A stretch of DNA of 64,000 nt from an uncultured candidate division Zixibacteria bacterium (GTDB lineage: Bacteria; Zixibacteria; MSB-5A5; GN15; FEB-12). The stretch covers positions 32,001 to 96,000 of the forward strand of contig CAVTJJ010000003.1 in the NCBI GenBank assembly GCA_963735035.1, in the 5' to 3' direction. A program made the translations under genes and the position numbers. Shown one piece after another: positions 31,859 through 41,519 of this stretch. Position 1 is the first letter of the stretch; every line of letters begins with the position of its first letter. Below the pieces are notes generated by a model that was given only the letters and a program-made list of their open reading frames with translations, was not told the DNA's origin and made no database searches.

Positions 31859-32017
31859 CTGGCCTCCATCCGAATTTATCTACCGAAGATCGACCGATTC
31901 AAGCTAAAACTGTAGCTGGAGAGTGATGAACGCCCTCGACAGGGTCAACTATTGTCGAGGTACCGGTCTGATACAAATTATCCCAAGCCTATGGGAGTGT
32001 AGAAAAAGGCCCTTCCC

Positions 32018-32201
32018 CGTCATCGCGAGTCTCGACCGCGTTTCGCGGGCGAGACGTGGCGATCTCAATTCCGTGGGCGGCACACGTCCCCGTGTGCCCC
32101 GCGTCAAGGGGCAGACCAGGAGGTCTGCCGCCCACGTGGCGTGGAGATTGCCGCGCTACGCCGTCCCGCCTGACGGCGTGCCATCTCCGCTCGCAATGAC
32201 G
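32018..32201. repeat. CGTC-tagged repeat pair enclosing a GTGG REP doublet
   Basis: CGTCATCGCGAG..GCGATCTC and GAGATTGC..CTCGCAATGACG surround 32073-32135. Confidence 0.8.
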
Positions 32202-32227
32202 ATTAGTCAGGCTTTTTCGACATGCCC

Positions 32228-32887
32228 CTAGCGGGGGTATCTGATCATACAGCCGTAGGTGCGCGTTCTCGGCAAGGACACCGGCTTGCCTGCAAGGATT
32301 TCGTCCAACGCCTGGCTGACATAGTTGATGACGGTACCTTTCCCGACCTTCTTGCTCATAGGATCGTTGTCAATCGCTCCGGAATAACGAATGATCCCGT
32401 CGGAAGATATTATGAAGAATTGTGGCGTGGTTTTGGCGCCGTACGCCTTGCCAACCGACTGAGCAGTATCAAGCAGAATGGGATAGTGAATCAGCCAGGC
32501 TTTCTTGCGAGCGGCGTCGCCGCCGAATTCCTGGTCTTTGGGACTGGTGGAATTGATGGCCAGGAATACAACCTTACGTTTATTGTAGGCTGAGTAGAGA
32601 TCAGTAAAAGTACCGCTTCTTTCAAAGTGATTTTTGATCACCTGGCAGTTGCCGTTGAACCAATACAACACCACCGTCTTGCCGGCCGACAGATACTGTT
32701 GCAGGGTGACGATTTTGCCATCGGTGTCGGGCAGCGAGAATTCGGGGGCTTTCAAGCCTACGTCGGCGACACCTTTGGGAACCGGCGGGAGCTTGGGCAT
32801 GGCTGGATCCGGGTCTCCCGCGTAGACTGAGACACCGAGTAGAACAACCAACATTACTAATGCCGCCAAATGTCTCACCAGGTTCAT
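32228..32887 (-). CDS. exported redoxin/AhpC-TSA family protein
   Basis: signal peptide, KAPEFSLPDTDGK, YGAKTTP, YSGAIDN, GC near the C-terminus. Confidence 0.85.
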   Translation of the reverse strand: MNLVRHLAALVMLVVLLGVSVYAGDPDPAMPKLPPVPKGVADVGLKAPEFSLPDTDGKIVTLQQYLSAGKTVVLYWFNGNCQVIKNHFERSGTFTDLYSAYNKRKVVFLAINSTSPKDQEFGGDAARKKAWLIHYPILLDTAQSVGKAYGAKTTPQFFIISSDGIIRYSGAIDNDPMSKKVGKGTVINYVSQALDEILAGKPVSLPRTRTYGCMIRYPR

Positions 32888-33030
32888 CAAACTACTCCTG
32901 CTCAGATACGCTCCAGGTCGTTGTCTACTCAAGACATGATACTTACTATCGGCACCCAAGTCAATCCGACCAGGATTGTACGCTTTGGCTCATCGGAGAG
33001 TTGCACAGAGGAAAATGGTCCTGCCAGAAA

Positions 33031-33060
33031 AGTGGGCGGCAGACGTCCTCGTCTGCCCCT
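33031..33060 (+). repeat. single REP-like palindrome
   Basis: GTGGGCGGCAGACGTCCTCGTCTGCC. Confidence 0.75.
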
Positions 33061-33186
33061 CCTGACCGGAACAGCCTAAGCTCAGAGTGACGTCGGGTTG
33101 GCGCTTGCTGGACATGCGCGGAATTCCTATCTTACCGCTCAGATTCTCACGATTCTGAGCTAACGCCCGAAGGAGGCTTTTCGAGA

Positions 33187-33948
33187 ATGGGCACAAACGG
33201 TGAATCCAAGAGCTGGCGATTTCGGTTATTGGTGGCTTTCATTTTCGTAGTTGTCATTGTGTTATGGCTATGGCTCCCACGAATTTTCTCGGACGATGTT
33301 TATGCTGGCGTCAACGCACTGTTCTCAGGGTTGGCGTTTGGAGGACTCATAGTCGCCATTCTGTATCAGAGTCAGGAACTTCAGCTTCAACGAAGGGAGC
33401 TGAAAGACACAAGGCAGGTCATGCAGGATCAGAAGGAGCAGATAGAAGGCCAGAAGCAACAGATGGAGATACAGAACTTTGAGAATCGGTTCTTTCAGAT
33501 GATGAGAACTTGGAATGAGTTGCGTGATAAGATCCACGGCGGAGACGCATTGTTTGAATCGATGGTCGGTGAGGTGAGTGGGGAGTATCTGAAACACCTA
33601 CGGTCCGACCCGCAAGAAGGGGACGTTGCAGCTTTAGATTCAGCAGTGGGACTGGTATGGAAGAGGCATCAGCGGTCACTGCCAGTGTATATGAGGTCAC
33701 TATATCAAATTCTAAAACTAGTCAGACAAACAGCCCTTCCTTATGAAGAGCAGAAATTCTACTCAAACGTAGTGCGAGCCCAGATGACTCAAGCCGAAAC
33801 CGTTCTTGTTGTGTACAACTGTCTGTCATCAATTGGCTCGAAGCTGAAAGAGAATGTCGAGTACTATTCGCTGCTCAAGTACTTGGACAGCCGAGAGCAC
33901 GTATCCGCGGCACAACGCGACCGTTTCGACCCTCATGCCTTTGTGTAG
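33187..33948 (+). CDS. putative phage abortive infection protein (putAbiC-like)
   Basis: two TMs, NALFSGLAF, ELQLQRREL coiled coil, FENRFFQM, YMRSLYQILK, YSNVVRAQM, YNCL. Confidence 0.8.
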   Translation: MGTNGESKSWRFRLLVAFIFVVVIVLWLWLPRIFSDDVYAGVNALFSGLAFGGLIVAILYQSQELQLQRRELKDTRQVMQDQKEQIEGQKQQMEIQNFENRFFQMMRTWNELRDKIHGGDALFESMVGEVSGEYLKHLRSDPQEGDVAALDSAVGLVWKRHQRSLPVYMRSLYQILKLVRQTALPYEEQKFYSNVVRAQMTQAETVLVVYNCLSSIGSKLKENVEYYSLLKYLDSREHVSAAQRDRFDPHAFV

Positions 33949-34048
33949 ATCCGTCGCCACTCTATCCGGAAGTTGTCCGCCTCGTATCTTTCTGCAAGTC
34001 TTGAGTAGATGTAGGTTCAAAAAGCTGGGCTGGGCACGGCTTCAAAAA

Positions 34049-34150
34049 CCCGGCAGATGTAGACATCTGCCGGGCACGTTTCCTGGCAGAACCACAAGGG
34101 GTTCTGCCCTACTATATCAAGATGTCGGGAGGGCAAGCCTCCCGACCTAC
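34049..34150. repeat. cluster of three different REP-like palindromes
   Basis: CGGCAGATGT-AG-ACATCTGCCG; GGCAGAACC..GGTTCTGCCCTAC; TGTCGGGAGG..CCTCCCGACCTAC. Confidence 0.8.
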
Positions 34151-34160
34151 AAGATCAACC

Positions 34161-36413
34161 TCAGGCCTTCTGGCGCTGGGCGTCGACTACGGCAATCGCC
34201 GCCATGTCGACAATCTCGCTCACGTCGAGCGTGCCGTGAAGCACATGCACCGGCTTCGACAGACCCATCAGGATCGGTCCGATACCGGTCAGGCCACCCA
34301 ACCGCAGGGCCAGTTTGTACGCGACATTGCCCGAATTGAGATCCGGGAAAATCAGCACGTTGGCTTCATCGGTCAGCTTCGAGAACGGGTAATGCTTCTT
34401 CATGTAATCCGGCATGAGCGCGGTATCGAGTTGCATTTCACCGTCGACCATGAGCTCCGGCGCCCGCTCGCGCACCAACTGCACGGCTTTCGCCACCTTG
34501 TTCGATTCCGGCAGCGGCGCCGAACCGAAGTTGGAGAACGAGAGCATGGCAATACGCGGCTTCATGTTGAACCGGCGCGCCACTTCGGCCGAGCAGATCG
34601 CGATCTCCGCCAACTCTTCGGCGGTCGGATTGATGTTCACGGTCGTGTCGGCGAAGAGATACATCTTGGACTCTTTCACCAACGCATAGAGACCGGACAC
34701 GCGCGACACACCCGGTTTCAGGTCGATTATTTCAAGTGCCGGACGGATCGTAGCCGGATATTCCGACGCCACTCCCGACAGGACGGCGTCGCAGTCCCCC
34801 TTCTCCAGCATCATCATGCCGAAATAAGTGGGGTTCTCCATAGTATGCCTCGCCTTGTCCTGGGTGATACCTCTCCGGGACCGTTTGAGGAAATACGCTT
34901 CGGCGTAGCTATCCAGCTTGGGCGACGTTTCCGGATCGATGACATTGATACCGGTCATGTCGATTTCGAACTGTTGGGCTACTTTCTTGATCGCCTCCGG
35001 CTTGCCGAGCACGGTCGGCTTGGCAATACCTTCCTGTTCGATGATCTTGGCGGCGCGCAAAATGCGACTCGACTCGCCTTCGGGGAAGACGATATGCTTG
35101 GCCGCCTTGCGGGCCTTATCGAACATGACCGTCATGATTACGCGGCCCTGTCCGATTCGACCTTCGAGCGTACGCTTGTATTGTTCCAGATCGACTGGCC
35201 TCTGCGCCACGCCTGTTTCCATAGCCGCCCTGGCTACAGCGGACGCTTCCCGCACCAACACGCGCGAGTCGAACGGCTTGGGGATGATGTACTCCCGCCC
35301 GAAACGGAAATAGTCGACGCCGTACGCCTTGGCAACGCCTTCGGGAACGTCTTCCTTGGCCAGAGAAGCCAGCGCATGAACCGCAGCGATCTTCATCTCT
35401 TCATTGATCGCGGTCGCCTGGACGTCGAGCGCGCCGCGGAAGATGAACGGGAAACCGAGTACATTATTGACCTGGTTCGGATAATCCGACCGGCCGGTCG
35501 CCATGATAGCGTCCTTGCGGACCGCCACTACTTCCGGATACGTGATTTCCGGATCAGGATTGGCCATCGCGAATAAGATGGGATCTTTGGCCATTTTCTT
35601 GACCATATCCTGCGTGACCACGCCTTTCGCCGACACACCTACAAACACGTCGGCATCGACCAAGGCATCCCCGAGAGTATGACAGTTGGTCTTACGGACA
35701 AACTCCGCCTTGTACTTGTTCCACTTTTCGTCTCGCCCTTCGTACATCACGCCCTTGGAGTCGGCCATCAACATATTTTCCGGCTTGACGCCCAGTCTGA
35801 TGTACAGCTTGGCGCAGGCAATGCCGGCGGCGCCGGCACCTGAGTAGACCACGCGGACTTTGCTAATGTCTTTCTTGACCAATTCCAGCGCATTCAATAG
35901 CGCTGCCGCCGATATGATCGCGGTACCATGCTGGTCGTCATGAAAAACCGGAATCTTCATCGTCGCCTTGAGAGTCTCTTCAATGTAGAAACACTCGGGC
36001 GCCTTGATGTCTTCAAGGTTAATGCCGCCAAACGTCGGCTCGAGCAATTGGCAGCACTTGATTATTTCGTCGGGGTTCTCCGTGTCCAGTTCGATATCGA
36101 AAACGTCGATATCGCCGAATCTCTTGAACAGAACTCCCTTGCCTTCCATGACCGGTTTGCCGGCGGCGGCTCCAATGTTGCCCAATCCGAGCACGGCCGT
36201 CCCGTTGGACACGACGGCAACCAGATTGCCCTTCGAAGTGTACTTGTACACATCGGCCGGGTTGTCATGAATGGCCAGACACGGTTCAGCCACACCGGGA
36301 GTGTAGGCGAGTGAAAGGTCGACCTGGGTACTGCACGGTTTGGTAGGACGTACTTCCACCTTGCCGGGTTTGCCCAGCGAGTGGTAATCAAGCGCTTGCT
36401 GCTTCGTAATCAT
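34161..36413 (-). CDS. maeB: NADP-dependent malic enzyme with phosphotransacetylase domain
   Basis: [38 protein letters not shown]-terminal PTA-like domain ([13 protein letters not shown]). Confidence 0.97.
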   Translation of the reverse strand: MITKQQALDYHSLGKPGKVEVRPTKPCSTQVDLSLAYTPGVAEPCLAIHDNPADVYKYTSKGNLVAVVSNGTAVLGLGNIGAAAGKPVMEGKGVLFKRFGDIDVFDIELDTENPDEIIKCCQLLEPTFGGINLEDIKAPECFYIEETLKATMKIPVFHDDQHGTAIISAAALLNALELVKKDISKVRVVYSGAGAAGIACAKLYIRLGVKPENMLMADSKGVMYEGRDEKWNKYKAEFVRKTNCHTLGDALVDADVFVGVSAKGVVTQDMVKKMAKDPILFAMANPDPEITYPEVVAVRKDAIMATGRSDYPNQVNNVLGFPFIFRGALDVQATAINEEMKIAAVHALASLAKEDVPEGVAKAYGVDYFRFGREYIIPKPFDSRVLVREASAVARAAMETGVAQRPVDLEQYKRTLEGRIGQGRVIMTVMFDKARKAAKHIVFPEGESSRILRAAKIIEQEGIAKPTVLGKPEAIKKVAQQFEIDMTGINVIDPETSPKLDSYAEAYFLKRSRRGITQDKARHTMENPTYFGMMMLEKGDCDAVLSGVASEYPATIRPALEIIDLKPGVSRVSGLYALVKESKMYLFADTTVNINPTAEELAEIAICSAEVARRFNMKPRIAMLSFSNFGSAPLPESNKVAKAVQLVRERAPELMVDGEMQLDTALMPDYMKKHYPFSKLTDEANVLIFPDLNSGNVAYKLALRLGGLTGIGPILMGLSKPVHVLHGTLDVSEIVDMAAIAVVDAQRQKA

Positions 36414-36684
36414 TTAGTTTTTTCTCCTGTTGCCGGAACAACCGGTCATCGCAAATTCAGAATCTGCAATAAAAGTAGCCGGGGCGTAGCGTCAAGTGGT
36501 TTCGCCGTCAATGTGGATTCCTGAGTGAATGGACCCCGTTTCATTTCGTCCATTAACGCACTGCATGACAGCACATTAGATCAGTACAAGGTAGATAATC
36601 GGAATCGAGCATGTCGGGTTAGTGCGGCCGATTCCGGACGCTTTTGCCCCTATTCACGACGCACAACTCGAAGACATGGAATCT

Positions 36685-37401
36685 CTACCACTGCACGCGG
36701 TAGATGCGCGAATCATCCATACCGATACGTCGTCCGCCCCCGCGAATCTTCAGCAACAGCTTTAGGAGTAGATATCCGAACGCGAATCCCCCCACGTGCG
36801 CCAGCCAGGCCACACCCTCACCTGAGCCGAGATCCATCGCCGACATCAGGATCTGGTAGAGAAACCAGAACCCCAGGACAAATTTCGCGGGGAATTCACG
36901 CAGCATAATAAAGAAGAACACGATCAGGACCGTTATGCGCGCATTCGGATGAAGCACATAGTAGGCTCCCATGACACCGGCGATTGCCCCTGACGCCCCC
37001 ACCAGCGGAACTTGTGAACTGACGTTGAAGATAGTATAGATGGCAACTGCCGAGAGCCCGGAGACTAGATAGAACAACAGGTATCTGACCGGGCCAAAGT
37101 AATCTTCGATGTTGCTGCCGTAGATCCAGAGGAAGAGCATGTTGCCGATCAGGTGCATCCAGCCGCCGTGGAGAAACATGGAAGTAAATGGGGTCGCCCA
37201 CAGCCATTTTGGTGCATCGACATAACTGCTGCTATTGAGGAAGAAATCGGGAATATAGCCGTAGTATAATAGCGCTTCCTGATACCCCTGGGCTCCGAGC
37301 GACTTAATGAACAGAAAGACCGCCGAATTTATCAATATGAGCGCAATCGTAACATGCGGCGTACGGATGGTCGGCTGGTCATCTTTTATCGGAAAGAACA
37401 C
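36685..37401 (-). CDS. rhomboid family intramembrane serine protease
   Basis: FLHGGWMHLIGNM, GASGA, AHVGG. Confidence 0.95.
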   Translation of the reverse strand: MFFPIKDDQPTIRTPHVTIALILINSAVFLFIKSLGAQGYQEALLYYGYIPDFFLNSSSYVDAPKWLWATPFTSMFLHGGWMHLIGNMLFLWIYGSNIEDYFGPVRYLLFYLVSGLSAVAIYTIFNVSSQVPLVGASGAIAGVMGAYYVLHPNARITVLIVFFFIMLREFPAKFVLGFWFLYQILMSAMDLGSGEGVAWLAHVGGFAFGYLLLKLLLKIRGGGRRIGMDDSRIYRVQW

Positions 37402-37428
37402 TTAGCGTCATCCTCTTCAGTCTGCATC

Positions 37429-39411
37429 TTACTGCTTACCGCTCTTGACGGTCTCGAATTCGATCTTTCGTTCCGTCTTGTTGCCCGCCCGATCGACTGC
37501 CGTAATTGTCGCCGTGTGGCGGCTGTAACCGATCGGCTCTCGCAGAGTCGCGACACACCGACCGGTCTCCATATCCAATTCGGGCAGGAGCCAGTTGCCG
37601 TCGATCCGCACATCAATCGACTTGTCATCTTCAATCCCGGAAAGATCGTCTCTCAATGTAAAGCTGACTTCAGGTCTGCGGCCAGGATATTTGCGTCCCG
37701 CCTGAAGGTTTACCCCGGTCACCGACGGCGGCGTGTCATCAGTTAACACGGCAAACAGCCCTCCGCCCGACGTTTTCCCCTGGGCGAGACTGTCGCCGCG
37801 TCCACCGCGACCGATCCAGACCCAGCTGTCACCTATCTCCCCACACCAGCATAACCCGGCGCGACGGTCGGCGCGGACCGTTGAATCGAGCAGGATCGAC
37901 ACACCGAGGCTCGCTTTGAGCAGCGCAGTCGGAGGTTTGACCAGATAGAGATGTGACTTGAACTGCCAGCTTGACCGCTTCGGAGGATCTACTTGACTCA
38001 CCGAGACAAACTGTGTCTCGAACAACGCTCCGGGATCGATTTTGATTGTGAAAAGCCCGTCGATAGAACTAACAACAGTACTGTCGTTCACGCCCGCAAC
38101 ATCGATAACAATCCCCTGTTCGCGCAACCCCGCGGCCAGGTCATAGAACAACCTATCCCTCTCGTTCATAAAAGGAGCGTACGGCGGCGACGGTTTGAAG
38201 AACCAATACCGCGAAATCGTTCCGAGTCGGGCCTTGCAGATTACGCCATCTTCGACAATCCGGAATTCGGTCACAACCGGCTTTTCCGTTTCGGCGAACT
38301 GAAAGTTCGGACGCTGTGCGGCAGACTTCATTGAACCCGACTCGACATATTCGAACTCAAAGCGCAATTCGGATCGGTTCCCCGAGACATCTTCCCCCAC
38401 CACCAGAACCTTATGCCGGCCCACCCGGGGCGGCGAATCGACTCCGTAGGCGCAACTTCCCGGCGACTTTCCGCCATAGGCCGAACGGGCCTCGTCCCAG
38501 ACCAACTCTTCCGGCACCGGGCGATAGGCGCGACGGATCCTTTTTTCGCCGTTGGCCGCGTCAAACGGATCAAATACCAGTTCGACGGCCGTCCCGATTT
38601 CAAAAGGTAGGGTGTCAAAGGTCGATTCGTAGAACGGAACGCTGTCGATGAACAGCGCCAGATGATTTATCGACTGTTTCATACCTCCCGCCCGCATTTG
38701 ATCGTAGCCGTCGATCAGGAACCCGAAGGGGGCATCTATAGCAACCACCCGATCAATCGTATACTTCCCTGCGGCAATCCGACGGGTCGTCGCAAACAGT
38801 GTTCGCTCGCCCCCCGGAAAGAGCGACTGGTCGTCGACCAACTGGAACCCGATTCGTTCAAATATGGGCGAAATCTTATCCTCCATCTCGAAACCATGCT
38901 TAAGAGGATTGACCGGAAGATTGTCCGGAGTCCGTTCCTCGAAATGAAGGTGTGGCGCCCCCACGCCGGTCTGCCCCGAATAGGCGATCAGATCGCCCTT
39001 CTTGACGGGTAGTGAGTCCCTGGGGAAAGTTATGTCTACAAAGTATCGCTCAACTCGATACTGTTCGCTTTCGACTGCTTTTGCAATAGCATCGTTGAAT
39101 CCGGAGAGGTGCCCGAACACGAAAATATGGCCGTCGTTGCTCTTCAAATAGAGCCCCTTGCCGTATCCGAGATAAGACATTTTGACACGCCAGACGTATC
39201 CGTCGACCGGCGCAAAGACTTTCGCCCCGATTTTGCCCCCGGTACGCAAGTCGAGCCCGACATGGAACCGGCCCGAGCGAAGATCGCCGTAGCCCGAAGA
39301 GAGATCGATTTCGCCTTTTAGCGGCCAAACTGAAGTCTGGCCGTAAGCTGTTGCGCCCGACAAGAATAGGGCAACTAACAAAGCTGCCGGTTTGGTCGAT
39401 ACTTTCACCAT
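37429..39411 (-). CDS. M23 family metallopeptidase
   Basis: signal peptide, HVGLD (HxxxD), SGQTG..PHLHFE (HxH). Confidence 0.88.
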   Translation of the reverse strand: MVKVSTKPAALLVALFLSGATAYGQTSVWPLKGEIDLSSGYGDLRSGRFHVGLDLRTGGKIGAKVFAPVDGYVWRVKMSYLGYGKGLYLKSNDGHIFVFGHLSGFNDAIAKAVESEQYRVERYFVDITFPRDSLPVKKGDLIAYSGQTGVGAPHLHFEERTPDNLPVNPLKHGFEMEDKISPIFERIGFQLVDDQSLFPGGERTLFATTRRIAAGKYTIDRVVAIDAPFGFLIDGYDQMRAGGMKQSINHLALFIDSVPFYESTFDTLPFEIGTAVELVFDPFDAANGEKRIRRAYRPVPEELVWDEARSAYGGKSPGSCAYGVDSPPRVGRHKVLVVGEDVSGNRSELRFEFEYVESGSMKSAAQRPNFQFAETEKPVVTEFRIVEDGVICKARLGTISRYWFFKPSPPYAPFMNERDRLFYDLAAGLREQGIVIDVAGVNDSTVVSSIDGLFTIKIDPGALFETQFVSVSQVDPPKRSSWQFKSHLYLVKPPTALLKASLGVSILLDSTVRADRRAGLCWCGEIGDSWVWIGRGGRGDSLAQGKTSGGGLFAVLTDDTPPSVTGVNLQAGRKYPGRRPEVSFTLRDDLSGIEDDKSIDVRIDGNWLLPELDMETGRCVATLREPIGYSRHTATITAVDRAGNKTERKIEFETVKSGKQ

Positions 39412-39610
39412 AGTAGCGGAAACTGCCGTCCTTGCAAAAGGTTCACCGATGGTATCACAGTCGGCGAGCGGAGAACAGTTTTTTTTCGTTCAAACCGTCC
39501 CGCTTCACTTTGCATTTGGCGGACGGTTTGTTATACTTACGGTCTTGTGCCCAGGGCTTAAATTTGTGGAAGCAACCCTGGTAGTGAGTTGTTGAGAGGA
39601 GTTCTGACAG

Positions 39611-41437
39611 ATGTTTCAAATGCTGCGTAAGTTGATCCTGCCTATCATTATTACGGTCCTGGTGTTTTTCGTGGCCATGATTGTCCTCGAATGGGGAATG
39701 GGTTTTAGCGGCCGCGGCGGCAGCGGTTTGGACCAGCCGGGCAACCTGGCGGGTAGAGTCAACGGCGAGGACATCACCTATGAGTCGTACAATCAGGTCC
39801 TCAACAACCTGACCGAACAGGAGCGGCAAAGCCGCGGGGTCGACTATGACATTCCCGAAGAGAGAGAACGGCAACTGGAACAGCAGGCCTGGAATGAATT
39901 GGTCGCCGACCGCCTCATCAAACAGGAAGGTCAGAAGATGAAGATCGTCGTCTCCGAGGGCGACGTCTATCAGTACCTCAAGTATAATCCGCCGCAGTAC
40001 CTTCAGCAGTCACCCGAAATGCAGACCAACGGGCAGTTCGACTACCAGAAATATCTCTCTTTTATGGCCGACGACAAAGCGGCCGGGTTCTGGTCCAATA
40101 TGGAACCGCTGGTGCGCGAGGACTTGAAGCGCATCAAGGTGCAGCAAATGGTAACGGAAGCGGTCCACGTGGGCGAGCAGGAAGCGCGGCAGGCCTTCAT
40201 TGACGCTTACGAAAAGATCACCGTGGCCATAGTCAATGCCCCGACCAGCAAGTATTTCGGATCCGTCCCCGAGCCGGGCGCCGATGAGCTTCAGAAGTAT
40301 TACGACAACAACAAAGATAAGTACAGTCTGGGCGAACGTGTCGTCCTGGAAATAGTTCGCGCGAGCAAGGAACCGAGCCTGATGGATCAAGAGGCGGCCG
40401 CTACACGAGCGCGTGAAATCTACGACTCCGTAATCGCCGGCAGTGATTTTGCCGAATTCGCGCGGGTGTATTCCGATGATCGCGCCTCCGCGGCCAACGG
40501 AGGCGATGTCGGCTGGTTTGCCCGTGGTCGCAATCCTGCCGCATTCGACAGCGCCGCTTTTGTCATGCGCGAGGGAGAAATCTCCACACCGGTCAGAACA
40601 CAGTTCGGCTGGCACATCATGAAACACCTGGGCTTCCGTGACGAAAACGGTCAGCACGAAGCGCACATAGCACAGATCCTGATCAAGCCGACCGCGTCGG
40701 CCAATACTCTTGACGCCGCCTGGCAGAGACTTGATCTGGTGCGGACTCAGGCCGGTGACGTCGGTTTCGCTCAGGCCGCCAAAGACGACAGCCTTGAGGT
40801 CTATACCACCACACCTTCTATTGAGAAGGAGGGCCGGATCCCCTATGTCAACGCCGGTCCTGCCGACATCGAATGGGCCTTCAAGGGCCAGGTGGGTGAT
40901 ATTTCCGAGGTTCTTGACCTGACCGGCTATTTCTGCGTCATGCGGCTGGCCGAAAAGATTCCGGCCGGACTGGCCTCGTTCAAGGACGCCGAAGCCAAAG
41001 TCAAGCGCGACTGCCGCAACGCCAAGCTGGCGCAAGTTTGCCATGATTCGGCTCAGGCAGTGTATGATGATGTCACTCGTGGTATGTCACTGGAAGACGC
41101 CGCCACGAAACATGGTCTGGCGTACGATAAGCCGGCCCCGTTCAGCCGTTCCGCCACCGTGCTACAGATCAGTTCCGATCCGGCCGCGATCGGCGTAGCC
41201 TTCGGCCTGCCTCGTATAGGCGCCGTGTCCAAACCGGCCGATCATGCCAATGGCTCGGCTTTGTTCGAACTTCTCGACCGGCAGTCTCCCGACTTGACTA
41301 CCTTTGATGCGAAGCGGGATTCAGTCTTCAGCGCGGTCGGCAAGGCCAAACAGCAACAGGCCTACACCGCCTGGTTTACCAAAGTTTCGGATGCCGCCAA
41401 GATTGAAAGCTTCATCAATTTCCAGCGTCGCCGCTGA
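39611..41437 (+). CDS. SurA/PpiD-like peptidyl-prolyl isomerase chaperone
   Basis: N-terminal TM, GRVNGEDI, parvulin motifs FAEFARVYSDD..NGGDVGWF, PVRTQFGWHI. Confidence 0.9.
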   Translation: MFQMLRKLILPIIITVLVFFVAMIVLEWGMGFSGRGGSGLDQPGNLAGRVNGEDITYESYNQVLNNLTEQERQSRGVDYDIPEERERQLEQQAWNELVADRLIKQEGQKMKIVVSEGDVYQYLKYNPPQYLQQSPEMQTNGQFDYQKYLSFMADDKAAGFWSNMEPLVREDLKRIKVQQMVTEAVHVGEQEARQAFIDAYEKITVAIVNAPTSKYFGSVPEPGADELQKYYDNNKDKYSLGERVVLEIVRASKEPSLMDQEAAATRAREIYDSVIAGSDFAEFARVYSDDRASAANGGDVGWFARGRNPAAFDSAAFVMREGEISTPVRTQFGWHIMKHLGFRDENGQHEAHIAQILIKPTASANTLDAAWQRLDLVRTQAGDVGFAQAAKDDSLEVYTTTPSIEKEGRIPYVNAGPADIEWAFKGQVGDISEVLDLTGYFCVMRLAEKIPAGLASFKDAEAKVKRDCRNAKLAQVCHDSAQAVYDDVTRGMSLEDAATKHGLAYDKPAPFSRSATVLQISSDPAAIGVAFGLPRIGAVSKPADHANGSALFELLDRQSPDLTTFDAKRDSVFSAVGKAKQQQAYTAWFTKVSDAAKIESFINFQRRR

Positions 41438-41457
41438 CAAAGTAAGTTTGAACTAAC

Positions 41458-41489
41458 AAAAGCCCCCGGATCGGTCCGGGGGCTTTTTT
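41458..41489. terminator. bidirectional intrinsic terminator
   Basis: AAAAGCCCCCGGA-TCGG-TCCGGGGGCTTTTTT between convergent genes. Confidence 0.9.
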
Positions 41490-41519
41490 GTGGCTTGCGG
41501 CTAATCTAGAAGAACGTGA

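Noticed and set aside
34122..35576. 484-aa plus-strand ORF (and similar long antisense ORFs over ftsZ, purM, SurA-like, lipA, pdxS)
   Set aside because: Shadow ORFs opposite well-supported GC-rich genes, with no recognisable motifs.
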